A stretch of DNA of 64,000 nt from Devosia sp. (GCA_040218355.1 JAVJRP010000014.1:80831-144830), one strand, 5' to 3'. Numbered from the stretch's first letter, positions 20,342 through 29,050 are shown. The notes: generated by a model not told the origin, from the sequence alone. Numbers and translations: made by a program.

Positions 20342-20635
20342 TTACTCTGGACGAGCGACCCGATCGAGATGGCCCAGATCGCGGCCCGGATCGATGCGAT
20401 CGCGCACCATCTGCTTGAGCACGCGCGCGTCGGGAAAGCCGCCATCGCGCTTGCGCTCCCAGATCAGCTCGCCATCGAGATGGATCTCGAAGATGCCGCC
20501 CGTGCCGGGCCTGAGGGCGACCTGGCCAAGTTCTGTGCCGAAGGTGGAGAGCAGTTCCTGGGCCATCCAGCCGGAGCGCAACAGCCAATTGCACTGGGTG
20601 CAATAGGCAATGGTGATGGCCGGGCCGCTGCTCAT
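20342..20635 (-). CDS. SelT/SelW/SelH (Rdx) family protein
   Basis: YCTQCNWLLR..WMAQELLSTF, WERK.DGGFP. Confidence 0.9.
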   Translation of the reverse strand: MSSGPAITIAYCTQCNWLLRSGWMAQELLSTFGTELGQVALRPGTGGIFEIHLDGELIWERKRDGGFPDARVLKQMVRDRIDPGRDLGHLDRVARPE

Positions 20636-21090
20636 TTACCGCTTTTGCCGGCCTCGGCCGGATCGACCAGGGTGGAAAGGATCTGATCGACCAGATCGAG
20701 GTCCTGCCGCTTGCCGGCAGCCTGCTGCTGCAGATCCACGAGATAGGAGGTGGTGTAATAGAGCCGCCGCGCCAGCATGGTGGCGATATGCAGGCTCATT
20801 TCCGGCTGTGCCTCGAGAAAGGTCAACGCGTCGGGAATTTCATAGGCGCGCACCTCGGAGAGCGCCTTGACCGTGGCCGAATGGGGCATGTCGAGCAGCA
20901 CCGCCATTTCGCCGAAGATCGAGCCGGGCTCGTCGACATGGGTGACCTGGGTGCGCTCGCGGATGACCTCCACCTGCCCCTCGATCAATACCAGCAGTTT
21001 GCCCAGCCGTTCGCCTTCGGGCAGCATGATCTGGCCGGACTTGAACCGGATTTCTGCAAGCTCACTACAATAGTCGAGAATATCGGCCAT
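20632..21090 (-). CDS. Stand-alone cyclic-nucleotide-binding domain protein
   Basis: PGSIFGEMAVLLDMPHSATV phosphate-binding cassette, no HTH. Confidence 0.85.
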   Translation of the reverse strand: MADILDYCSELAEIRFKSGQIMLPEGERLGKLLVLIEGQVEVIRERTQVTHVDEPGSIFGEMAVLLDMPHSATVKALSEVRAYEIPDALTFLEAQPEMSLHIATMLARRLYYTTSYLVDLQQQAAGKRQDLDLVDQILSTLVDPAEAGKSGK

Positions 21091-21173
21091 TGGCCCCCGC
21101 CTCCAATGTCTGCCGGACCCCGCCGTCCGGTCTGTCATTCGCGGCGAAATCTAAAGCATTGGCCGGACAAAGC

Positions 21174-21203
21174 AAAGCCGCCCGAACAGATGTCCGGGCG
21201 GCC
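21174..21203 (-). terminator. Intrinsic terminator after DUF1236 gene
   Basis: GCCGCCCG stem followed by TTT on minus strand. Confidence 0.55.
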
Positions 21204-21224
21204 AGTGGCTTGCGGTGGTTGGAC

Positions 21225-21857
21225 TTACTGGATCCACACAATGGTGCGCGAGCTGCTGTCGACCAGGGCCGGGCGGCCATCGACATAGACGTAGCCATAA
21301 TAGGGGTCTTCGGGCACGGGGGTGATGGATGCCGTGTCGGGCAGGACATAGCCCACCACCACGTCACCTTCGGCATTGACCGGCTCGACCGGGTTGGCAA
21401 TGGCGAAATCGGCGGCCGACTGGTTCACCACATAGCCGGGCGACTGCACCAGCGTGTTGGTGTTCAGATCCACGATCCAGACGCGGCCATTGGCGTAGAA
21501 ATAGCCATGATCCGGATCACCCTCTACCGGATAGATGGTCACGCCGGCGGGCACGGTGGCGCCGACATCGAGCGAACCTTCGATCATCACCGGCTCAACC
21601 GGATTGGTGCCGGCATATTCGATGGTGGAGGTTTCGATGCCGGCTTCGGCACCGATCACCGCACCGGCAAAACCGCCGACCACCGCGCCGATGGGGCCAC
21701 CGGCCAGAAAGCCCAGCGTTGCACCGCCGGCAGCGCCGCCAGTTGCACCGATGGTGGCACCGGCTTCAGCATCGACAACGCCGGCATCCTGCGCCATGGC
21801 GGGCAGCGACAGGCCAAGCGAAATCACGGCCACGGAGGCCAGAAGGGTCTTTTTCAT
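21225..21857 (-). CDS. Secreted DUF1236-domain protein with glycine zipper
   Basis: Signal peptide, GGPIGAVVGG, two repeats of the VVVG..LP...YGY.YV.GR..LVD...R.IV type. Confidence 0.7.
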   Translation of the reverse strand: MKKTLLASVAVISLGLSLPAMAQDAGVVDAEAGATIGATGGAAGGATLGFLAGGPIGAVVGGFAGAVIGAEAGIETSTIEYAGTNPVEPVMIEGSLDVGATVPAGVTIYPVEGDPDHGYFYANGRVWIVDLNTNTLVQSPGYVVNQSAADFAIANPVEPVNAEGDVVVGYVLPDTASITPVPEDPYYGYVYVDGRPALVDSSSRTIVWIQ

Positions 21858-21951
21858 TTTTGTCATTCCTTTCGTGCAGCGATCCAAGGACCGCCTCTTT
21901 CAAGGGGAGCTGCCTGGGGAAGGCAGGCTCATTTCCGCCCCTTGCCCAACA

Positions 21952-21976
21952 AACGGGAGCACCCTGGATGCGTTCC
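21952..21976 (-). promoter_or_regulatory. EcfG/RpoE2-type general stress sigma promoter
   Basis: GGAAC-N16-CGTT about 95 nt upstream of DUF1236 gene. Confidence 0.7.
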
Positions 21977-22014
21977 GCACGGACAGGAATGTGATGAGGT
22001 GTGTGGCTGATCGG

Positions 22015-22512
22015 CTACAGCAATTTTTCGATGGCCGGGGCGATCTCGGCGGGTTCGGTGGTGGGGGCAAAGCGGTCGACCACCTTGCCGTCCCGGTCGA
22101 GCAGGAATTTGGTGAAGTTCCACTTGATGGCTTCGGTGCCCAGGACGCCCGGGGCGGCGGCGGTCAGCCAATCAAACAGGGGATGGGCGGCGTCGCCATT
22201 GACTTCGACGCGCTCGAACATGGGGAAGCTGACACCGAAATTGAGCGCACAGAATTGCGCGATCTCTTCGCTGCTGCCCGGCTCCTGCGCGCCGAACTGA
22301 TTGCAGGGGAAGCCGAGAATGACCAGGCCCCGACCCTTGAACTGCTGATAGAGCGCTTCGAGCCCCTCATATTGCGGGGTAAAGCCGCATTGGCTGGCCA
22401 CATTGACGATCAGCACCACCTGCCCCGCAAAGGCGGAGAGGTCTTGCGGCGTGCCGTCGAGGCGATTGGCAGAAAAATCGGCAAGGGTCTTATCAGCAAG
22501 GGTCTTGGTCAT
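22015..22512 (-). CDS. Glutathione peroxidase (Cys type)
   Basis: VNVASQCGFTPQY, GFPCNQFG.QEPG, IKWNFTKFL. Confidence 0.93.
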   Translation of the reverse strand: MTKTLADKTLADFSANRLDGTPQDLSAFAGQVVLIVNVASQCGFTPQYEGLEALYQQFKGRGLVILGFPCNQFGAQEPGSSEEIAQFCALNFGVSFPMFERVEVNGDAAHPLFDWLTAAAPGVLGTEAIKWNFTKFLLDRDGKVVDRFAPTTEPAEIAPAIEKLL

Positions 22513-22576
22513 GACAATGGCTCTGGGATGGGATCACCCCAGAGCTATGGTGATCGGACCTTTGGCGCAAGGGTGA

Positions 22577-22978
22577 TCAGCCCTGTGCGGCGAGCCAGGC
22601 CGGATCAGGCTCGATGGGCGTGATGACATCGAGCAAGATGCCATTGGGATCGAGGGCGATGAAATGGCGCTGGCCGAACACCTCGTCGCGCAGCGGCTGG
22701 ACGATGGCAACGCCGGCCTGTTCGAGCCGCGCTGCATCGGCGGCGGCATCTGCCACCTCGAAGCTGAGGATCAGATTGGCAGTGGGATGGCGTCCCTGGG
22801 GCGGGATGGTCTCGTGGTCAAAGGCGATCAGGGCCAGCTCGTGACCCTTGGCGCCACCGCGCAATTGCACATACCAATCGCTTTCAAAGACCGGCTCAAA
22901 GCCGAAATTGTCCTGATAGAAGCGGCTGGTTGCGGACACGTCCCGGACGTGGAGCAGAGGATAAAGCGCGTTAAACAT
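22577..22978 (-). CDS. VOC/glyoxalase family protein
   Basis: [26 protein letters not shown]. Confidence 0.85.
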   Translation of the reverse strand: MFNALYPLLHVRDVSATSRFYQDNFGFEPVFESDWYVQLRGGAKGHELALIAFDHETIPPQGRHPTANLILSFEVADAAADAARLEQAGVAIVQPLRDEVFGQRHFIALDPNGILLDVITPIEPDPAWLAAQG

Positions 22979-23009
22979 TGAACGTCTCCCTGGATTGGCT
23001 TTAACATTA

Positions 23010-23028
23010 CAAACATGCAGCATGTTTG
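23010..23028. promoter_or_regulatory. Candidate TetR operator
   Basis: Perfect palindrome CAAACATGC-A-GCATGTTTG between divergent VOC and TetR genes. Confidence 0.7.
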
Positions 23029-23054
23029 AATGATAGATGCAGGGTGTATGAAAG

Positions 23055-23639
23055 ATGGATGTCAGAAGACGTCAGCAGGACCGCCGGGCCGCCACACGGC
23101 GGATACTGGTCGCAGCGGCCCGGACCTTGTTCGCGCAAAAGGGTTACGCGGCCACGAGTACGCCGGAAATCGTCAAGGCGGCCGGGGTGACGCGTGGCGC
23201 GCTCTATCATCATTTTGCGGACAAGCAGGCGCTGTTTGCCGCCGTGGTGGAAGAGGAGCATGCGGTTCTGGCGTTGACCATCCACCAGGCGGCCGAGGGC
23301 GGGGAAGATGAGCCCGGCCCGGTCAAGGCGCTGATCCGGGGCGGCGAGGGATTCCTGGCTGCCATGCAGGACGAAGGCCGGCGGCGCATGCTGATCGTGG
23401 ATGCACCGGCGGTGCTGGGGCGCGCGATGGTAGATGAAATTGATGCGCGCCATGGATTGCGTACGCTGGTCGAAGGGGTCGGCGCGGCTATCGAGGCCGG
23501 CGCCATCAAGGACCTGCCGCCCCTGCCTTTGGCGCATCTGCTCAGCGCCATGTTCGACCGGGCGGCGCTGGCGCCAGCTGACGAGATCAATGAGTATCGC
23601 AAGGTGATGAAGGCGCTCATCCGTGGGCTGAAGAAGTGA
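23055..23639 (+). CDS. TetR/AcrR family regulator
   Basis: [11 protein letters not shown]...[15 protein letters not shown]. Confidence 0.92.
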   Translation: MDVRRRQQDRRAATRRILVAAARTLFAQKGYAATSTPEIVKAAGVTRGALYHHFADKQALFAAVVEEEHAVLALTIHQAAEGGEDEPGPVKALIRGGEGFLAAMQDEGRRRMLIVDAPAVLGRAMVDEIDARHGLRTLVEGVGAAIEAGAIKDLPPLPLAHLLSAMFDRAALAPADEINEYRKVMKALIRGLKK

Positions 23640-23661
23640 CCACCACCCTCATCCGCAAAAG

Positions 23662-23687
23662 AAAAGCGGGGATCGCTCCCCGCTTTT
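23662..23687. terminator. Bidirectional intrinsic terminator
   Basis: AAAAGCGGGGA-TCGC-TCCCCGCTTTT. Confidence 0.8.
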
Positions 23688-23699
23688 TTGGCCTTCCGG

Positions 23700-23774
23700 T
23701 CAGGTGACCAGGAAGATGATGATGATCAGCCAGATCGGCACGCCGAGCAGCCAGAGGGCAAGTCCCTTGAACAT
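23700..23774 (-). CDS. 24-aa single-TM small protein MFKGLALWLLGVPIWLIIIIFLVT
   Basis: Manual translation; GAGGAG RBS; terminator follows; below the ORF-track cutoff. Confidence 0.7.
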   Translation of the reverse strand: MFKGLALWLLGVPIWLIIIIFLVT

Positions 23775-23798
23775 CGCTAGTCTCCTCTTGTTGCGCGC

Positions 23799-24695
23799 CT
23801 AGAACCGACGGAAGACGTCGGCGAAGACGGTGTTGTTGTCGCGGTGATTGCCACCCTTCTGTGCCGCCCAATAGGCGCCGATGGCCGAGACCAGCGAGGA
23901 GGCCGCCAGCAGGAATGCTGCAAGGATGGCCGTGTTGCGCGCCACGCGTGCCGCCTCGGCAGCCTCCTGGCGCGCCACTTCGACATTGGCGATGACGCTG
24001 TCGACACGCGCCTCGGCCTCGGCAGGCGGCAGGCCGGTATTGGCGGCCACGACATTGGCGAGATAGGTGCGGTCCTCGGCGGCAACGGTGCCATCGCCCA
24101 GAGCGGCCTGGGCAAAGATGCGGCCGGCTTCGTCGCGGGCCATGCCCGGATCAACCGGGGTGTCAGCGCGGAACAGGGTGTCGATGAAATAGGCGTTGGG
24201 ATCGAGCCCGTCCGCTGCGCCTTCCGAGACATTGGAAGCGGCCGTCGTGGCGGTGGCAACGGCCGTACCCACGGCACTGCCCACTGCGCCAATGCCGCCA
24301 ACGGCCAGAATGGCGCCGATGATCATGGCGCCGCCCCAGACCAGCAGGCCATGGGCGCCATCACGCATGTCGCTTTCGTCCTCGGTGGCGTCGAAATTAC
24401 GCGCCCGCAGGCGACCGGTGAGATAGCCACCGGCCATGAAGGAGGAGATCTGGACCCAGAGGAACCAGCTCGCCGCGCCAATGCCGATCAGAATGGCCGG
24501 GGCGCCTTCACGGGCATTGAAGTCGATAAAGTTGAGGCCAATGGCCGAACCGAAGCTGATCAGCACCATCGAGATGGCCGAGGCCAGCACGATCCCGGCG
24601 AAGATGGCCGGCCAATCGACATAGCTGTGTTCGGCCTGGTCCCTGGTGATTTCTGTTTCAACGACGGCGACGCCGGGCGGTGTGTCCATGCTCAT
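23799..24695 (-). CDS. Hypothetical multi-pass membrane protein
   Basis: SYVDWPAIFAG, GGYLTGRLR, RDGAHGLLVW, GGNHRD; GGGAGG RBS. Confidence 0.8.
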   Translation of the reverse strand: MSMDTPPGVAVVETEITRDQAEHSYVDWPAIFAGIVLASAISMVLISFGSAIGLNFIDFNAREGAPAILIGIGAASWFLWVQISSFMAGGYLTGRLRARNFDATEDESDMRDGAHGLLVWGGAMIIGAILAVGGIGAVGSAVGTAVATATTAASNVSEGAADGLDPNAYFIDTLFRADTPVDPGMARDEAGRIFAQAALGDGTVAAEDRTYLANVVAANTGLPPAEAEARVDSVIANVEVARQEAAEAARVARNTAILAAFLLAASSLVSAIGAYWAAQKGGNHRDNNTVFADVFRRF

Positions 24696-24717
24696 GTCTG
24701 TGTCCTCCCGTTCCGGC

Positions 24718-24792
24718 TCAAGCCAGGCCGATGAAGGACAGGATAGCCATGACAATCACGACAAGGCCGACGAGATAGATGATGGAGTTCAT
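24718..24792 (-). CDS. 24-aa single-TM small protein MNSIIYLVGLVVIVMAILSFIGLA
   Basis: Manual translation; AAGAGG RBS; first gene after EcfG-type promoter. Confidence 0.7.
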   Translation of the reverse strand: MNSIIYLVGLVVIVMAILSFIGLA

Positions 24793-24832
24793 GGGGGAAG
24801 ACCCTCTTGTTGAGTGACGCGAGTGGTCAAAC

Positions 24833-24858
24833 AACTGTGAGGGGGGTGGTTTTGTTCC
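24833..24858 (-). promoter_or_regulatory. EcfG/RpoE2-type promoter
   Basis: GGAAC-N17-AGTT about 40 nt upstream of ATG 24792. Confidence 0.6.
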
Positions 24859-24926
24859 AGCGGGCCAGCACAGCGAAGCGGGCGAGGGTTGCTCCCCGCC
24901 CGCTCAATTCACTCGGTAAGCATTGC

Positions 24927-25904
24927 TTACTTCAGGGCGTCGGTGACGACGCTGGTATAGGCGCCTTCCGGTTCGGCCGTGATGATTTCCTGGTCGAGCA
25001 GGGCCTGCACCGTGCGCTCATAGGTATCCATGTCGAGGGCCGGGTCGGTGGCATCGACAAGCTTGGAAACCTCGCCGGTCATATAGAGCTGGTGCTCATA
25101 TTCGGCGGCGCCGGTATCGTCCATTTCAACCACGATCTCGGCGGCTTCTTCCGGGTTTTCCAGGGCATAGGCCCAGCCCTTCATCGAGGCCTTCACAAAG
25201 CGCGTATAGGCGTCGACTTTGGCCGGATCGTCCAGCGTATCTTCCATGACATAGAGACCATCTTCGAGCAGGTCATTGCCCATGTCGGTATAGTTGAAGA
25301 TGGTGAGGTTATCCGGGCCGTAACCGGCGTCGAGCGCCTGGCCATATTCGTTATAGGTCATGACCGAGATGCAGTCGGCCTGGCCCTGGATCATAGGCTG
25401 GATATCAAAGCTCTGCTGCAGCACCGTGACGCCGCCTTCCGAGCCATCAGTGGGGATGCCTTCCTTGTTCATCCAGGCAAAGAAGGGATATTCATTGCCG
25501 AAGAACCAGACGCCCAGGGTATGGCCCGGGAAATCGGCGACTTCGGTAATACCGGTTTCCTCAGGGCAGATCATCATCAGGCCCGAACGCTTGAAGGGCT
25601 GGGCGATATTGACCAGGGGCACACCCGATTCACGGGCGGCCATGCCGGCGGCCATCCAGGTGACGATGATATCGGCGCCACCGCCGGCGATCACCTGTTC
25701 GGGGGCGATATTGGGGCCACCGGGCAGGATGGTGACGTCGAGATTTTCTTCGTCATAGAAACCCTTGGATTCAGCGACCAGATAGCCGGCGAACTGAGCC
25801 TGCGTGACCCATTTCAATTGCAGGGTCAGCGCGTCCTGCGCCAAGGCAGTGCTGGCCGAAAGCGCCAAGGCGCCTGCAACGAGACCTCCGATAAGCTTTT
25901 TCAT
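24927..25904 (-). CDS. NMT1/THI5-like ABC substrate-binding protein (pyrimidine uptake)
   Basis: LQLKWVTQAQFAGY, signal peptide, pyrimidine operon context. Confidence 0.9.
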   Translation of the reverse strand: MKKLIGGLVAGALALSASTALAQDALTLQLKWVTQAQFAGYLVAESKGFYDEENLDVTILPGGPNIAPEQVIAGGGADIIVTWMAAGMAARESGVPLVNIAQPFKRSGLMMICPEETGITEVADFPGHTLGVWFFGNEYPFFAWMNKEGIPTDGSEGGVTVLQQSFDIQPMIQGQADCISVMTYNEYGQALDAGYGPDNLTIFNYTDMGNDLLEDGLYVMEDTLDDPAKVDAYTRFVKASMKGWAYALENPEEAAEIVVEMDDTGAAEYEHQLYMTGEVSKLVDATDPALDMDTYERTVQALLDQEIITAEPEGAYTSVVTDALK

Positions 25905-25924
25905 GTTGTCGTTCCCTTTTCCCT

Positions 25925-27037
25925 TTACGCCCGTCCACCACGGACAGACGGATGCCAGAAGGTGACGCCCCTCTCGATGAGGGCGATCACCCCGTAGAAG
26001 GCGGACCCCGCAACCGCCGCAACAGCGATCTCCGCCCAGACCAGGTCGATGGCGAGACGCCCCACCCCGGTCGAAATCCGGAAGCCCATTCCCACAATGG
26101 GCGTTCCGAAGAATTCCGCTACGATTGCGCCGATCAAGGCCAGAGTCGAGTTGATCTTGAGGGCGTTGAATATGAAGGGGCCCGCAGCGGGGAGCCGTAG
26201 CTTCATAAGGGTTTGCCAATAGTTGGCGGCATAGGTGTGCATCAGGTCGCGTTCGATGGCCGAGGCAGCGTTGAGCCCGGCCACGGTATTGACCAGCATG
26301 GGAAAGAAGGTCATGGCGACCACGACCGCGGCCTTACTCTGCCAGTCAAAGCCGAACCACATGACCATGATGGGCGCGATGCCGATAATGGGCAGCGCTG
26401 ACATGAAATTGCCGATGGGCATGACCCCGGCCTTGAGGAAGGGCGAGCGATCCACGGCAATGGCGACGGCCAGCCCCGCCAGGCAGCCCATGGCATAGCC
26501 GGGCAGCACGGACTTAACAAAGGTCTGCACGAAATCGGCCCAGAGCGTGGGCACTTCGGCGGTCATGCGCGCCCAGATCGCCGAGGGCGGCGGCAGCAGC
26601 ACGGGCGGCACATTGGCGCCGCGGGTAATGACTTCCCAGGCGACCAGCAAAGCAAGGCCGAAAATGATCGGGATGACCAGACCCGTGCCGGTTTCGGGCA
26701 ATTGGCCCTGGCGGATGGCGGCCGACAGGCGTTCGACAAACAACCAGGCAAACGCCCAGCTCGCCACCAGCGCCCACCAGAAATGGGCGGGCATGGCCCC
26801 CTCTTCCGGCAACGCCAGGATCAGCGCCACGGCGCCGAACAGCATCAGCGCGCCGTCGAACCAGAGGCTGAACGGCAGCGCCAACCGGACCAGCGACGCT
26901 GCGCCGAGTGCAAAATAGAGGGTGAGCAACTGGGCGGTGCCAAAACTGGCAAGGCCGAACCCCAGGCCCAGCAGCGCGGCGCCGCCGGCCAGGAGGGCCA
27001 GTGCCAATTGCATGGCGGTCAGACCCGTGCTGTTCAT
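25925..27037 (-). CDS. ABC transporter permease (NitT/TauT type)
   Basis: FFPMLVNTVAGL, KLRLPAA.PFIF. Confidence 0.88.
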   Translation of the reverse strand: MNSTGLTAMQLALALLAGGAALLGLGFGLASFGTAQLLTLYFALGAASLVRLALPFSLWFDGALMLFGAVALILALPEEGAMPAHFWWALVASWAFAWLFVERLSAAIRQGQLPETGTGLVIPIIFGLALLVAWEVITRGANVPPVLLPPPSAIWARMTAEVPTLWADFVQTFVKSVLPGYAMGCLAGLAVAIAVDRSPFLKAGVMPIGNFMSALPIIGIAPIMVMWFGFDWQSKAAVVVAMTFFPMLVNTVAGLNAASAIERDLMHTYAANYWQTLMKLRLPAAGPFIFNALKINSTLALIGAIVAEFFGTPIVGMGFRISTGVGRLAIDLVWAEIAVAAVAGSAFYGVIALIERGVTFWHPSVRGGRA

Positions 27038-27900
27038 GCCTTTGCTCCCATGCGCGTATTGACCCATTTTTCAGCCGCGCCGACAATGGCGACCAGGATG
27101 GCCGCCAGGCCCGCCGCGATGAACAGGGCCGCCCAGATCTGCACGGTCTGGCCATTGTAGGAGCCGGTGAGCAGGCGCACGCCGAGGCCTCCGCCCGAAG
27201 CATTGGACAGTTCGGCCACCACTGCGCCGATCAGCGAAATGGCGATGCCCACTTTCATCGAGGCAAAGAGGAAGGGCATGGCGGCGGGCCAGCGCAGTTT
27301 CCAGAACACCTGCCAGCCATTGGCATCATAGGTGCGCATGAGATCAAGCTGGATGGCTTCGGGCGAGCGCAGCCCTTTCACCATGCCCACCACCACCGGG
27401 AAAAAGCTCAGATACATCGAGATCAGCGCCTTGGGCACCAGTCCGGTCAGCCCGACCGAACCCAGCCCCACCACCACCATGGGGGCGATGGCCAGAATGG
27501 GAATGGTCTGGCTGGCGATGATCCAGGGCATCAGCGAGCGGTCGGAGGCGTCATTGTGGATGATGGCCACCGCCAGCGCCACGCCCAGAACTGTGCCGAA
27601 GGCAAAGCCGAGCAGGGTCGCCGAGAGCGTGATCCAGGCGTGGTAGGCGAGCGAGCGGCGCGAGGTGATTTCGAGCGCCACCGTGGCGTTCCAGATTTCG
27701 GAAATCACCTGTTGCGGCGCGGGGAGCACCGGCTTGTCCTGTGCCCAGGTCTGGGCGGCAAACTCGGTAAAGGGCACATCGACCAGGTCCGCGCGCGCAT
27801 TGAGCCGCTCCTGCCAGGGCGCGTTCATCCAGATTGCAGCCGCATACCAGAGGACGATGATGGCGAGCAGAATGGTGAGGACGGGGAGGATGCGGTTCAT
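27034..27900 (-). CDS. ABC transporter permease (NitT/TauT type)
   Basis: SQTIPILAIAP, KLRWPAAMPFLF. Confidence 0.9.
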   Translation of the reverse strand: MNRILPVLTILLAIIVLWYAAAIWMNAPWQERLNARADLVDVPFTEFAAQTWAQDKPVLPAPQQVISEIWNATVALEITSRRSLAYHAWITLSATLLGFAFGTVLGVALAVAIIHNDASDRSLMPWIIASQTIPILAIAPMVVVGLGSVGLTGLVPKALISMYLSFFPVVVGMVKGLRSPEAIQLDLMRTYDANGWQVFWKLRWPAAMPFLFASMKVGIAISLIGAVVAELSNASGGGLGVRLLTGSYNGQTVQIWAALFIAAGLAAILVAIVGAAEKWVNTRMGAKA

Positions 27901-27922
27901 GTCGCCCGTCCCCGGCAGGATG

Positions 27923-28053
27923 CGCCCCCTCTCCCCTGAGGGGAGAGGGTTGGGGTGAGGGGTTCAGCGTTCGAGTGTGGCCCGGTGCGCATCTCCCGCG
28001 CTGAACCCCTCACCCGCCGCTGCGCGGCGACCTCTCCCCTCAGGGGAGAGGTG
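27923..28053. repeat. Composite palindromic repeat (empty element): two hairpin arms in inverted orientation
   Basis: CCCTCTCCCC-TGA-GGGGAGAGGG..GGGTGAGGGGTTCAG / CTGAACCCCTCACCC..CCTCTCCCC-TCA-GGGGAGAGG; arms match 32372-32416 (40/45) and 32285-32337 (50/53). Confidence 0.9.
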
Positions 28054-28084
28054 AAGGTGGCATCGTGTTCAAATGCCTCCATTT

Positions 28085-28873
28085 TCACACCGTCCCCTCG
28101 TCATAGGAATGCCCGGCCCGCAATCCTTCGCGGACCCGCGCGGCGATGGCGAGGAATTCGGGGGTTTCGCGGATATCGAGCGGGCGTTCGCGCGGCAGGG
28201 TGGATTCGATGATGTCGGTGACCCGCCCGGGGCGCGGCGACATGACCACGATGCGGGTGGACAAATAGACCGCCTCGGGGATGGAGTGGGTGACGAAACA
28301 GATGGTCTTTTCGGTGCGGGCCCAGAGCTTGAGCAATTCGGAATTGAGGTGATCGCGGACGATTTCGTCCAGCGCGCCGAAGGGTTCGTCCATCAGCAGG
28401 AGATCAGCGTCAAAGCTCAGCGCCCGGGCGATGGAGGCGCGCTGCTGCATGCCTCCGGAAAGCTGCCAGGGGTATTTTTTCTCGAAACCCGAAAGGTTCA
28501 CCAATTCCATGGTGCGCTTGATGCGCTCGGCCTGTTCCTGTGCCGAATGCCCCATGATTTCGAGCGGCAGGGCGATGTTCTTTTCGATGGTGCGCCAGGG
28601 ATAGAGCGCGGCCGCCTGGAACACATAGCCATAGGCCCGATTGCGCCGCGCTTCCTCCGGCGTCTGGCCATTGACAGTCAGCGTGCCCGAAGTGGGCTTT
28701 TCGAGATCGGCAATGGTGCGCAGGAAGGTGGTCTTGCCGCAGCCCGAAGGGCCAATGAAGGAAACGAAGTCGCCCTTCTCGATGGTGAGATTGACATCGG
28801 ACAGCGCAACGATATCGCCATCGCCGGTGGGGAAGGTGAGGCCGAGGTTCTGGGCGGAGACGACGGTGGTCAT
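28085..28873 (-). CDS. ABC transporter ATP-binding protein
   Basis: GPSGCGKT, LSGGMQQR, LLMDEPF. Confidence 0.95.
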   Translation of the reverse strand: MTTVVSAQNLGLTFPTGDGDIVALSDVNLTIEKGDFVSFIGPSGCGKTTFLRTIADLEKPTSGTLTVNGQTPEEARRNRAYGYVFQAAALYPWRTIEKNIALPLEIMGHSAQEQAERIKRTMELVNLSGFEKKYPWQLSGGMQQRASIARALSFDADLLLMDEPFGALDEIVRDHLNSELLKLWARTEKTICFVTHSIPEAVYLSTRIVVMSPRPGRVTDIIESTLPRERPLDIRETPEFLAIAARVREGLRAGHSYDEGTV

Positions 28874-28874
28874 A

Positions 28875-29048
28875 TTAGTCCTTCACGACAATCGTCACGC
28901 CCAACTCGCGCTCCACGATCTCTTTGACGGCCATGATGCCGCCAGCGCTTTTCTCGATAGCAGAGCGGAGCTTCTGATCGTGGCCCGGAAGGAAGTCCCC
29001 AGACCGAGTCTCTCCTCCGCAGCCGCATAGGCAAGGCTTCGCCGCCAT
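28875..29048 (-). CDS. 57-aa hypothetical protein with CxCxC...PGHD motif
   Basis: MAAKPCLCGCGGETRSGDFLPGHDQKLRS...; fills the hydA-ATPase gap almost exactly. Confidence 0.65.
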   Translation of the reverse strand: MAAKPCLCGCGGETRSGDFLPGHDQKLRSAIEKSAGGIMAVKEIVERELGVTIVVKD

Positions 29049-29050
29049 CC

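Noticed and set aside
20342-22512. Selenoproteins (SelW-like, glutathione peroxidase)
   Set aside because: Both have ordinary Cys codons at the active site; no in-frame TGA.
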